A stretch of DNA of 39,712 nucleotides. Source: Trueperaceae bacterium (GTDB lineage Bacteria; Deinococcota; Deinococci; Deinococcales; Trueperaceae). Both the position numbers and the translations under genes were made by a program. Below, piece by piece: positions 28,297 to 36,556 of this stretch (position 1 is the first letter of the stretch; each line of letters begins with the position of its first letter). The notes under the pieces are model-generated. The model was not told the origin of the DNA and did not search any database. It worked only from the letters and a program-made list of their open reading frames with translations. The stretch is from positions 1 to 39,712 of the forward strand of contig SLSQ01000342.1 in assembly GCA_007130355.1 (NCBI GenBank). The letters are read 5' to 3'.

Positions 28297-29427
28297 TCAG
28301 CGATCCCGGTCGGGTCCGTCCGCTGCGAGCGGGATCAGGCGCCCGTCGGTCAGGTCGAGCTCGTAGGCGCCGGAGTCGGGGACCACCCGCAGGACCTCGA
28401 TCCGGCCGGAGGAACGGATCAGTTCGATGCGACGCAGGCCGGGCCGCAGGTCGGTCGCGTGGCCGCCCGGCTGGAGCCGGCCGTCGATCCGTACCAGGGT
28501 GCCGCGCTCCTCCTCCCAGAAGAGCAGCGGCTCTTCGGCCGGAACCAGCCGTGCGTCCACGCGGGTGACGCGGTAGGTGCGGACGGGCGCCTCGATCCGT
28601 TCCGGTTCGAACCCGTCGCGCCGGAGCGTCACCACGTGCGTGCCGACGCCGGCCGGGACGGTGATCGGGGTGCGGCCTACCGCGACGCCGTCGAGGTCGA
28701 CGCGGGCGTCCGGCGTGGCCTGGATGCGGATGCTCCCGCCGCTGATCGCCGTCATCGGGACGTGCACGAAGCGCGTCGCGCCGGACCGGAGTTCGACCGA
28801 ACGGACCTCGGGCAGGAAGCCGTCGGTGCGGACCTCGATCCGGTAGCGGCCCGGCGCGAGCTGGATCGGTCCGGCGTCGCCGGTGGTACCGACCGGGACG
28901 CCGTCGACGACGATGCGCGCGCCGCGCGGTTCGCTGGTGACGAAGAGGCCGGCGTCGCCGCTCGGCAGCCGGGTCGCCGGCCGCGCGAAGGTGGCGATCT
29001 CGCGCGCGACGGAGGCGCCGACCGCGGTCGCCTCGTCCGGCCCCAGGGGCCGGCTGATCAGGTCGCTGGCGCGATCGCCGTCGACCTCGGCCACCACCAG
29101 GTTCAGGAGGTAGGGACGGTCGACGTCCGGACCGGCCACCGCCACCTCGCCCGATACCGCGTACGCGCTTCCGTCGAGATCGCCGATCAGCCGCGTGAAC
29201 TCCGGATCGAGGCTCCCGGCGATCCCGGCGGTGATCAGGTCGCCCGCACGGACCTCGAGCCCTTCGGAGCGAAGGCCGTCGCGCAACCCCTCGGTGACCG
29301 CCGCGACCACGGCGTCCGGCACATCGCCCCGCGTCCCGAGCGTCGGCACCGTGACCTGCGCCGCCGCGAGCGAGACGAGGAGGGCCGCGAGCAGCAGGTG
29401 GAGCGTACGGACGTGGAGCGGGGGCAC
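28297..29427 (-). CDS. PEGA domain-containing secreted/anchored protein
   Basis: GTG 29427 with a leaderless TATACT box. Signal LHLLLAALLVSLAAAQ. At least two PEGA repeats: LFVTSEPRGARIVVDGVPVGTT...GRYRIEVRTDGF and IRIQATPDARVDLDGVAVGRTP...HVVTLRRDGFEP. Confidence 0.8.
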   Translation of the reverse strand: MPPLHVRTLHLLLAALLVSLAAAQVTVPTLGTRGDVPDAVVAAVTEGLRDGLRSEGLEVRAGDLITAGIAGSLDPEFTRLIGDLDGSAYAVSGEVAVAGPDVDRPYLLNLVVAEVDGDRASDLISRPLGPDEATAVGASVAREIATFARPATRLPSGDAGLFVTSEPRGARIVVDGVPVGTTGDAGPIQLAPGRYRIEVRTDGFLPEVRSVELRSGATRFVHVPMTAISGGSIRIQATPDARVDLDGVAVGRTPITVPAGVGTHVVTLRRDGFEPERIEAPVRTYRVTRVDARLVPAEEPLLFWEEERGTLVRIDGRLQPGGHATDLRPGLRRIELIRSSGRIEVLRVVPDSGAYELDLTDGRLIPLAADGPDRDR

Positions 29428-29433
29428 CCGCGC

Positions 29434-29441
29434 AGTATAGC
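29434..29441 (-). promoter_or_regulatory. -10 box for the leaderless PEGA gene
   Basis: Minus strand reads GC-TATACT, then 6 nt (GCGCGG), then GTG 29427. Confidence 0.55.
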
Positions 29442-29472
29442 GCGCGCCGCGGGCCGTTCCCGTGGCCGCCGG

Positions 29473-29481
29473 TGCTATCGT
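29473..29481 (+). promoter_or_regulatory. Extended -10 box for the leaderless metallophosphoesterase-holB unit
   Basis: TGC-TATCGT, then 6 nt (GCCGCC), then GTG 29488. Confidence 0.55.
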
Positions 29482-29487
29482 GCCGCC

Positions 29488-30249
29488 GTGCGCTACCTGC
29501 TCCTCAGCGACGTGCACGGCAACGCCGTGGCCCTGGCGGCGGTGCTGGCCGACGCTCGGCGGCACGGGTACGACGCGGTGGCGTTCCTGGGGGACGCGGT
29601 CGGGTACCACCCCGCGATCGACGCGACCGTCCGCACCCTCGCCGAGCTCCGCCCCACCTTCGCTCTGCTCGGCAACCACGACGCCCAGCTGCTCGCCTTC
29701 CGCGACGGCGGGAGCGTCGAGGATCCGGCCGGGGGGTTGGTCGGCGAGATCCTGGCGCGGCAGGCCGAGGCGATCTCGGACGAAGCCCTGGCCTGGCTCC
29801 GGACGTTGGAACCGTCGTACCGCGACGGCTCGTTCGAGGCGGTGCACGGCGCGCTGGCACGCCGTTGGCAGTACCTGCACGGGCTGCCCGACGCCGAGGA
29901 GAACCTCCCCCACCTCGAGCGGCCGATCTGCTTGGTCGGCCACACGCACGTTCCGCGCCTGATGGCGGCCGCCGACGGCCCGGGCGGCCGCACCCTCTGG
30001 CGCCAGGTGCCGTTCGGCGAGGAGGGCGGGCGCTACCGGATGCCGCCGAAGGCACGCGGGTTCTTCAACCCGGGCGCGGTCGGTCAGCCCCGAGACGGCG
30101 TTCCGTACGCCTCGTACGCGCTGTTCGACGTCGACACCCGACGGTTCGAGGTGGTCCGCGTCCCGTTCGACGTCGCCGCCGTGCAGCGCGAGCTACGGGC
30201 GGCCGAGTACCCCGACGTGCTGGCCGAGCGCCTGGCGGTCGGCCGGTGA
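29488..30249 (+). CDS. Metallophosphoesterase family protein (calcineurin-like)
   Basis: Motifs LLSDVHGN, LGDAVGY, LGNHD and VGHTHVP, within ORF 28459..30249. 253 aa. Confidence 0.88.
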   Translation: MRYLLLSDVHGNAVALAAVLADARRHGYDAVAFLGDAVGYHPAIDATVRTLAELRPTFALLGNHDAQLLAFRDGGSVEDPAGGLVGEILARQAEAISDEALAWLRTLEPSYRDGSFEAVHGALARRWQYLHGLPDAEENLPHLERPICLVGHTHVPRLMAAADGPGGRTLWRQVPFGEEGGRYRMPPKARGFFNPGAVGQPRDGVPYASYALFDVDTRRFEVVRVPFDVAAVQRELRAAEYPDVLAERLAVGR

Positions 30250-31217
30250 GCGCGGCGGCCGCGCGGTCGGCCGGTGCGGAGGTCGACGCCGCGCCGGTCG
30301 AGGGCATTCCACGTCCGCTCGGGCACGACGCGGTCCGGGGCTGGCTGCGGTCCGGCGGGGCGCGCAGCATGGCGTTCGTCGGTCCGGACGCCGTCGGTCG
30401 GCGCACGACGGCCCGCTGGTACGCGGCCTGGGCGAACTGCAGCGCACCGGGCGAGGACCCGTGCGGAACCTGTCCCTCCTGCCGCGCGGCCGACGCCGGC
30501 GCCCACCCGGACCTGCTCGAGAAGGCGCCGTCGACGCGCACCGCTTCGGGGCGAGCGGCGAGGCGGCGCTCGGTCACGATCGACCGGCTGGTGCCGCGCG
30601 AGACGCCGAAGGCCGACCCGGAGCCGGTCTCGCGGTGGCTCGAGCGACGCCCCCGGTTCCGCGTCCGCGTCGCGGTGATCACGGACGCGCACCTGGCCAC
30701 GGAGAGCGCGGCGAACGCCTTCCTGAAGACGCTCGAGGAGCCGCCGTCGTGGGCTCGCATCGTCCTGATCGCGCCCAGCCCGACGGCGCTCGCTCCGACC
30801 CTCGCCTCTCGCTGCGTGACCGTCCGGTTCGGTGCGGCGCCGACCGACGGCTTCGAGGACCTGGCGCCCCACCCGGCGTTGCGGAGCGGTCAGATCGGGC
30901 ACCTGATCCGGGCCCGCCGCGACCCGGAGGTCGAGCGCGCCGTGCGGGAGGCGGCGACGTCGTTCGTCGCGGCGTTGGACGGGCCGCTCGACGAGGCGCT
31001 CGCCGCCGGACGCGCCTGGATCGAGACGTGGAGCGCGCACCCCGAGCGCGCGCCCGCCGAACGCACGCTCGAGCACCTTCGCCGCGACGCCCCCCACCGC
31101 TACGCCGCGGCGCTCGAGGCGGTTCCGGAGGCGGACGAGGCGTTGCGCGCCTACGTGACGCCGTCGGTGGTGGCGAACGCCCTCACCCTGCGCCTGCGCG
31201 ACGCGGGCCACGGCTGA
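30246..31217 (+). CDS. holB: DNA polymerase III subunit delta'
   Basis: GTG 30246 overlaps the upstream TGA (GTGA). Zn module CGTCPSCRA, motif AANAFLKTLEEPP and sensor region LASRC. Confidence 0.88.
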   Translation: MSAAAARSAGAEVDAAPVEGIPRPLGHDAVRGWLRSGGARSMAFVGPDAVGRRTTARWYAAWANCSAPGEDPCGTCPSCRAADAGAHPDLLEKAPSTRTASGRAARRRSVTIDRLVPRETPKADPEPVSRWLERRPRFRVRVAVITDAHLATESAANAFLKTLEEPPSWARIVLIAPSPTALAPTLASRCVTVRFGAAPTDGFEDLAPHPALRSGQIGHLIRARRDPEVERAVREAATSFVAALDGPLDEALAAGRAWIETWSAHPERAPAERTLEHLRRDAPHRYAAALEAVPEADEALRAYVTPSVVANALTLRLRDAGHG

Positions 31218-31225
31218 ACGGCGTC

Positions 31226-31243
31226 GGGCGCACGTGGGCGCCC
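31226..31243. terminator. Short hairpin at the convergent holB / yaaT junction
   Basis: gggcgc (31226-31231) pairs with gcgccc (31238-31243), with a 6-nt loop. Confidence 0.25.
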
Positions 31244-31247
31244 CGCG

Positions 31248-32051
31248 TCAGCGGCGGCTCGGGCGTTCGAGCCGTTCGGCGGGCACCCCCTCGAGGATGC
31301 CGTCGTCGGTCTTCAGGTCGGCCGTGCCGCGCAACGGATCGAGTTTGATCACCCGTCCGCAGGCGCCCGATTCGGTGTCGCACGCCTTGCCGCCCTTCTT
31401 CGGGAGCGCCTTTAGAAGTTCCTTGTACTGATCGTGCTCGTACTGCAGGCAGCACATCAGTCGGCCGCACGGACCGCTGATCTTCTCCGGATTGAGCGGC
31501 AGCTGCTGGTCGCGCGCCATGCGGATCGAGACCGACCGAAAGCTCTGGAGCCAGGTCGAGGAGCACGATCCGGACCCGCAGGCGCCGAGCGTGCCGAGGA
31601 TCCGCGCCTCGTCGCGCGGCCCCACGTTCACGAACTCGATGCGGGCGCTGGTGTAGCGCACCAGCTCCTGGGCGAGCACCCGCAGCGCGGGGTGCGCCTC
31701 GGCCGAGTAGTGGACGTGCAGCGCGCCCTCGTCGAGCGTGAACTCGAGCGACACGATCTTCAGGGCCACGCCCCGTTGCCGGGCGCGGGCCCGCAGCAGC
31801 CAGGTCAGGTCCTCGGCCCGCTGCGCCAGGTGCTGTGCTGCGGCGCGGTCCTCGTCGGACGCCACGCGCAGCAGCTCGCCGCCCGGTCGGTCGTGCGGGC
31901 GGGGTGCGGCCCGCACGCGACCGAGCTCGATCCCGCGCCGGCTCCGGACCACGCACTCCACGCCCGGCTCGGGGGCCGCTTCGTGGTCGCCTGTGGAGAT
32001 CCAGTGGATCTTCGGTCCGTTCTCGAACTTCACGCCGATGCAGTCGGCCAT
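31248..32051 (-). CDS. yaaT: PSP1 domain protein (YaaT/RicT-like)
   Basis: PSP1 core with Cys cluster GACGSGSCSSTW...GPCGRLMCCLQYE. ATG 32051 (MADCIGVKF) is preceded by GGAGGA at a 5-nt spacing. The upstream ATG 32063 overlaps that SD. Confidence 0.9.
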   Translation of the reverse strand: MADCIGVKFENGPKIHWISTGDHEAAPEPGVECVVRSRRGIELGRVRAAPRPHDRPGGELLRVASDEDRAAAQHLAQRAEDLTWLLRARARQRGVALKIVSLEFTLDEGALHVHYSAEAHPALRVLAQELVRYTSARIEFVNVGPRDEARILGTLGACGSGSCSSTWLQSFRSVSIRMARDQQLPLNPEKISGPCGRLMCCLQYEHDQYKELLKALPKKGGKACDTESGACGRVIKLDPLRGTADLKTDDGILEGVPAERLERPSRR

Positions 32052-32114
32052 GGGTTCCTCCAAACGGAGCGGGACGGTCCGGTCGCGCTCCGGGGTGGCT
32101 TCGGGTCGCCTTCG

Positions 32115-32122
32115 ATGCTACC
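32115..32122 (-). promoter_or_regulatory. Possible -10 box for yaaT (leadered)
   Basis: Minus strand reads GG-TAGCAT, about 60 nt upstream of ATG 32051. A 7-bp hairpin (32065-32071 / 32086-32092) lies in the putative leader. Confidence 0.3.
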
Positions 32123-32146
32123 GCAGCCGCCCGCGCCGGGCGCGCC

Positions 32147-32800
32147 TCAACGATCGGGTCCGGCGCGCTCCGGGAACAGCGCGATGCGGGCGACCGGCGC
32201 GAAGCGACGCCGGTGCAGCGGGCACGGACCGTGCCGCGCGAGCGCCGCGAGATGGGCTCCGACGCCGTACCCCTTGTGTCGCGCGAAGCCGTAGGCGGGG
32301 AACGCCGGATCGGCCACCTCGCGCATCCAGCGGTCCCGCTCCGTCTTGGCGAGCAGGCTGGCGGCGGCCGCCTGGAGGCTGTGGGCGTCGGCTCGGGGCG
32401 GCGCGAGCACCCGCCAGGGGCCGGCGACCGGTAGGTAGTCGGTCACCAGGCCGGCCGGAGCCGGACGGAGCTGCCGCACGGCGCGGATCGCGGCCCGGAC
32501 GGTGGCGGCCGGCACCCCGAGCGCGTCGATCTCGGCGGCGGTCGCGAAGCCGACCCCCCAGGCGCGCGCGACCGCGCGGACCCGTTCCGCCGCCGCTTCG
32601 CGCTGGGAGGCGGTCAACGTCTTGGAGTCGCGGAACGGGTGCTCCCCGTCGGGCAGGATCACGGCCGCCGCCACGACCGGACCGGCGAGCGCGCCGCGGC
32701 CGGCCTCGTCGACCCCGGCCACGGGGCGCACCCCAGCGTCGAACAGCTCCCGTTCGTAGCGCCAGTCGGGACCGTCACCCGGATCCCCAGGCGGCGGCAC
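32147..32800 (-). CDS. rnhB: Ribonuclease HII
   Basis: Motifs GVDEAGRGALAGPVV, DSK and HKGYG. GTG 32800 lies 5 nt after the histidine kinase stop. Confidence 0.92.
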   Translation of the reverse strand: MPPPGDPGDGPDWRYERELFDAGVRPVAGVDEAGRGALAGPVVAAAVILPDGEHPFRDSKTLTASQREAAAERVRAVARAWGVGFATAAEIDALGVPAATVRAAIRAVRQLRPAPAGLVTDYLPVAGPWRVLAPPRADAHSLQAAAASLLAKTERDRWMREVADPAFPAYGFARHKGYGVGAHLAALARHGPCPLHRRRFAPVARIALFPERAGPDR

Positions 32801-32805
32801 CGTCG

Positions 32806-34056
32806 TCAGACCAGCTCGACGGCGGTCGCGTCGACCACGTCGTCGGCCACGGCGTCGGGAAGCGTGAAGCCGAAGGTGCTGCCCTGGTTCGGCTTCGACT
32901 CGACCCAGATCTCGCCGCCGTGCTTCTCGACCGCGAGCTTGCAGAAGGTGAGGCCCATGCCGGTGTCGTAGCGATCGTGGATCGTGTGGCGCGACTGCTC
33001 GAAGGCGTTGAAGATCCGTTTGTGATCGGCCTCGGGGATCCCCTCGCCGTCGTCGCGGACCGATACGGTCACCCGGCCGTCCTCGCGCCAGGCGCGCACG
33101 TCGATGTAGCCGCCGCGGCGGGTGTGCTTGATCGCGTTGGCGAGGAGGTTCGCCAGGATCCGGCGCAGCAGGCCCGGGTCGGCCGCCACGCGTTCCGCCT
33201 CGGGCCGCACCAGGAAGCCGAAGTTCCGTTCCTTCGGCCCTCCGGCCACGTCGGAGAGCGCCTCCTTGGCGAGCGCGGTGAGGCTGTCGATCCAGGCCGG
33301 TTCGTACGGCATGTGCCCCTCCTTCATCTTGCGGACGTCCAGGATGTTCGCCGCCAGGTTCAGGAGGTGCTGCGATTCGTTCCGCGCGAGGGACAGGAGC
33401 TCGGCGATGCCGGCGTCCCCCCCGTCGTCGCCCATCATCTCGATGCTGTGGTCGAGCAGGCCCATCACGCTGGCGATCGGGCTCTTCAGATCGTGGACCA
33501 GCATGTGCGTCAGGTCGTCCTTGACCCGCTCCGCGTCCTTGTACGCCTGCTCGAAGTCGCGCGCCCGCTCGAGCGCGGTGCGCAGTTGTCGGTCGCGTTG
33601 CCGGCGGTCGAGCATCCGCGTCAGGTGCGCGCGGACCACCGCCGGTCGGGTCGGAACGGTCAGGTACGCGTCGGCGCCCGACTCGACCGCCTTGACGTGG
33701 CGGTCCGAATCGTCGGCGCCGAGCACGATCAACGGCACGTCGGCGAGCGGCTTGCGGCGCCGCAGCAGGACCAGCACGTCGAGTTGCGGCACCGAATCGA
33801 GCAGCGCCTGTTCGATCAGCATCGCCGACGGCACCGCGCCTCGCGTGTGGTAGAGCAGCGACTCGATGTCGGTGAACGTCTCGGATCGGTAGCCGAGCGC
33901 GTCGGTCACGCGCGCGAGGCCCTGACCGCGGCCCGCGTCGGCGACCGCCAGGACGATCGGCGACGCCGCGCCGTTCGCGGCCGGCCGCCGGTCGCCCGGT
34001 CCCGGGGACCCCGGATCGTTCGGGTCGGAACCGGAAGGGTCACGGTGCGCGTCCAT
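32806..34056 (-). CDS. Soluble histidine kinase with an N-terminal degenerate receiver-like domain
   Basis: H-box HDLKSPI, N-box LLANAIKHT, G1 RDDGEGIP and G2 GMGLTFCK. The N-terminal REC-like fold has substituted key residues. I prefer ATG 34056 (leaderless spacing); in-frame ATGs at 34069 and 34066 lie inside the -10 box. Confidence 0.85.
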   Translation of the reverse strand: MDAHRDPSGSDPNDPGSPGPGDRRPAANGAASPIVLAVADAGRGQGLARVTDALGYRSETFTDIESLLYHTRGAVPSAMLIEQALLDSVPQLDVLVLLRRRKPLADVPLIVLGADDSDRHVKAVESGADAYLTVPTRPAVVRAHLTRMLDRRQRDRQLRTALERARDFEQAYKDAERVKDDLTHMLVHDLKSPIASVMGLLDHSIEMMGDDGGDAGIAELLSLARNESQHLLNLAANILDVRKMKEGHMPYEPAWIDSLTALAKEALSDVAGGPKERNFGFLVRPEAERVAADPGLLRRILANLLANAIKHTRRGGYIDVRAWREDGRVTVSVRDDGEGIPEADHKRIFNAFEQSRHTIHDRYDTGMGLTFCKLAVEKHGGEIWVESKPNQGSTFGFTLPDAVADDVVDATAVELV

Positions 34057-34063
34057 CCCGAGC

Positions 34064-34072
34064 ATCATAGCA
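34064..34072 (-). promoter_or_regulatory. Extended -10 box for the leaderless histidine kinase-rnhB unit
   Basis: Minus strand reads TGC-TATGAT, then 7 nt (GCTCGGG), then ATG 34056. Confidence 0.55.
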
Positions 34073-34102
34073 AGCGAGGCGTCGGGAACGGCGTTCGGCC
34101 GG

Positions 34103-34111
34103 TGGTACCGT
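34103..34111 (+). promoter_or_regulatory. Extended -10 box for the leaderless VWA gene
   Basis: TGG-TACCGT, then 6 nt (CGCCTC), then GTG 34118. Confidence 0.55.
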
Positions 34112-34117
34112 CGCCTC

Positions 34118-36556
34118 GTGGACGGCCTGCCGATCACCTTCGCGAACCCCTTCTTCGCGGCGCTCCTCCTGCCGCTCGTGCTGCTGCTCCGCGGCCGCGG
34201 TCGGTTCTGGCGCCTCGCGGGCGTGGCGCTCCTCGTCGTGGCGCTCATGGGGCCGTCGCTGCCGGCGCCCGACCACCGCTTCGCGATCGTGGTCGACCGT
34301 TCCGAGAGCGTCGGCGACGTCGCCTGGAACGCCGGCCGGGCGGTCGCCGACCGCGGCGTGCCGGACGGGAGCGATCTGTGGTGGTTCGCCGGCGAACCGG
34401 CGCAGGTCGCCTCTTGGGAGGCGCCGGTCGGTGCGCACCTGACGCCCGGTCGAAGCGACCTGCGCCGGGCCGTCGACGCCGCCGTCGCGCGGGGCGCCGG
34501 TCGGGTGCTGCTGATCTCCGACGGGATCGACACGCGCAGCGGCCTGGCCGATCCGGGCGCTGCCGTCCCGGTCGACGTGCTGCCGGTCGAGCGGCGCGAC
34601 AACGTCCGCGTGGAGGGGCTCGACCTGCCGGTCGCGGCCGAGCCGGGCGCCACCGTGCGGGCCGAGCTCGAGCTGGTCACCGATCGTGCGACCGAGGCGA
34701 CGGTGGTCGTGCGCGTCGACGGCGAGCCGGCCGCCGAGCGCACGATCGAGCTTCCCGCCGGTCGGACGCGGTCGGTGGTGCCGGTGACCCTCCCGGCCCG
34801 GGACGGAACGGTCCGGGTGGAGGGCCAGGTGGAGGTCGATTGGGATCAGCCGCCGGCCGACGACGTCCTGGCCGCTTCGGTCGAGCTCGCCGCGCGGGCG
34901 CCGGTCTGGGTGATCGGCGATCCGGCCGCCGCCGAGCTGTTGCGGGCGCAGGGGGTCGAGGTCGAGGAGCGCGCCCCCGAGGCGCTCACCCCTCCGATCG
35001 ACGCGAACGCGGTGATCGTGCGCGAGGAGGCCTCCCGCTTCACCACCCCGCAGCTCGAGGCGCTCGCCGACTACGTCTCCTCCGGCGGGGGCCTGATGAT
35101 GACCGGCGGTCCGGCGTCGTTCGGACTGGGCGGCTGGTACCGCACGCCGGTCGAGGCGGTCCTACCGGTCGACAGCGACCTGCGGAGCGACGTCGAGGTG
35201 CCGCTCGTCGCGATGATGATGGTCCTCGACCGGTCCGGATCGATGGCGGCCGGGAACCCGAGCCGCATGGCGCTGGCCCGCCAGGGCGCGGCCGAGGTCG
35301 TCGAGTTGGCGTTCGAGCGGGACCTGATCGGCATGATCGCGTTCGACGACCAGAGCGAATGGGTGTTCGACCTGCGGCCCGCCACCTCGCGCGGCAAGCT
35401 CGAGATGCTCGCCGCGCTGCGCGAGCTCACGCCCCGCGGCGGCACGATCCTGGGGCCGTCGCTGGTCGAGGCGGTCGACGCGCTCCGCGCCACCGACGCC
35501 GCCATCAAGCACGTGATCGTCCTCTCCGACGGGATCCTCTACGACGGGACGGGCCTCTTCTCCGGCCCGGCGGTCGACCTCGCGGGCGTCGCCGCCGAGG
35601 CGGCGGCCGACGACATCTCGATCAGCACCATCGCGATCGGCGAGGGCCGGGAGGAGGAACGGCTCCGGACCATCGCCGAGCTGGGCGGCGGTCGCTACCA
35701 CGAGGCGTTCGACGTGGCGACGTTGCCGCGCATCTTCGCGGCGGAGGCGATGACGGTGAGTCGCTCGCTGCTACGGAACGACCCGGGACCGCCGTCGGTC
35801 GGGACCCATCCGCTGCTGGGCGGAACGGGCGCCCCGCCCGGCCCGGACGCCTACGTGGCCACCACCCTCAAGGCCGATGCCGAGGTGCTCTACGGCTACG
35901 GACCGGAGGAGTCGCTCCTCTCCGTCCGGCGGCACGGCCTCGGGCGCGCCGCCGCCTTCACCAGCGACCTCTCCGGCTGGTCCGGTCCGCTCGGTGCCTG
36001 GCCGGAGTTCCCCGCGCTGTTCGCCGACCTGGTGCGCTGGCTCGCCGCCCGGCCCGACCGGTTCGCCGCCGAGGTCCGCCGCGACGGCGACCGCTCGACG
36101 CTCGTCGTCGACGCGGTCCAGGACGGTCGCTTCCTCGACGGTCTCGCCCTCGTCGCCAGGGTCGCGGGCGAGGAGCTCCCGCTGCGGTCGATCGGCCCCG
36201 GCCGCTACCGCACGGAACTGCCCCCCGGCGCCGCCGGCGAGCCGATCGTGGTGGCCGAAGGGAGCGAGGTGGTGGCGCGGGCACGGACCGTGGCGCAGGA
36301 TCCGGAGCTGGCGGCGACCGACGGACGGGCCGCCCTCGAGCGGTTCGCCGCCGCCACCGGCGGACAGGTCCTGGGCCTCGACGAGCTCGAGCGGAGCGGC
36401 TGGCGTCCGCAACCGCCGACCGCGCCCCGGTCGCTGGCCCCGTGGTTCGCCGCCGCCGCCGCCGCGGTCCTGCTGGCCGAACTGGCGTGGCGCCGCTTCG
36501 CGCGCGGCGGCTCGTCCGCCGCCGGACCCACCGGAGCGCGGCGCAGCGGCGCCTAG
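34118..36556 (+). CDS. Large BatA-like membrane protein with two VWA domains and a GATase1-like middle domain
   Basis: 812 aa. BatA-type N-terminus ITFANPFFAALLLPLVLLL. Two MIDAS-like DxSxS motifs (VVDRSES, VLDRSGS), each followed by a SDG segment (LLISDG, VIVLSDG). Middle domain LADYVSSGGGLMMTGG. C-terminal TM WFAAAAAAVLLAELAW. Confidence 0.85.
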   Translation: MDGLPITFANPFFAALLLPLVLLLRGRGRFWRLAGVALLVVALMGPSLPAPDHRFAIVVDRSESVGDVAWNAGRAVADRGVPDGSDLWWFAGEPAQVASWEAPVGAHLTPGRSDLRRAVDAAVARGAGRVLLISDGIDTRSGLADPGAAVPVDVLPVERRDNVRVEGLDLPVAAEPGATVRAELELVTDRATEATVVVRVDGEPAAERTIELPAGRTRSVVPVTLPARDGTVRVEGQVEVDWDQPPADDVLAASVELAARAPVWVIGDPAAAELLRAQGVEVEERAPEALTPPIDANAVIVREEASRFTTPQLEALADYVSSGGGLMMTGGPASFGLGGWYRTPVEAVLPVDSDLRSDVEVPLVAMMMVLDRSGSMAAGNPSRMALARQGAAEVVELAFERDLIGMIAFDDQSEWVFDLRPATSRGKLEMLAALRELTPRGGTILGPSLVEAVDALRATDAAIKHVIVLSDGILYDGTGLFSGPAVDLAGVAAEAAADDISISTIAIGEGREEERLRTIAELGGGRYHEAFDVATLPRIFAAEAMTVSRSLLRNDPGPPSVGTHPLLGGTGAPPGPDAYVATTLKADAEVLYGYGPEESLLSVRRHGLGRAAAFTSDLSGWSGPLGAWPEFPALFADLVRWLAARPDRFAAEVRRDGDRSTLVVDAVQDGRFLDGLALVARVAGEELPLRSIGPGRYRTELPPGAAGEPIVVAEGSEVVARARTVAQDPELAATDGRAALERFAAATGGQVLGLDELERSGWRPQPPTAPRSLAPWFAAAAAAVLLAELAWRRFARGGSSAAGPTGARRSGA

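Noticed and set aside
32052-32063. The upstream ATG (32063, MEEPMADC...) as the yaaT start
   Set aside because: The codons ATG-GAG-GAA themselves form the GGAGGA Shine-Dalgarno, placed 5 nt before ATG 32051. The shorter start is more plausible, though the longer one cannot be excluded.
34118-36556. The VWA protein as part of a vWA-MoxR ternary conflict system
   Set aside because: No MoxR AAA+ ATPase, effector or associated small genes are in the neighbourhood. The architecture matches the BatA/BatB-type membrane proteins widely found in chromosomes.
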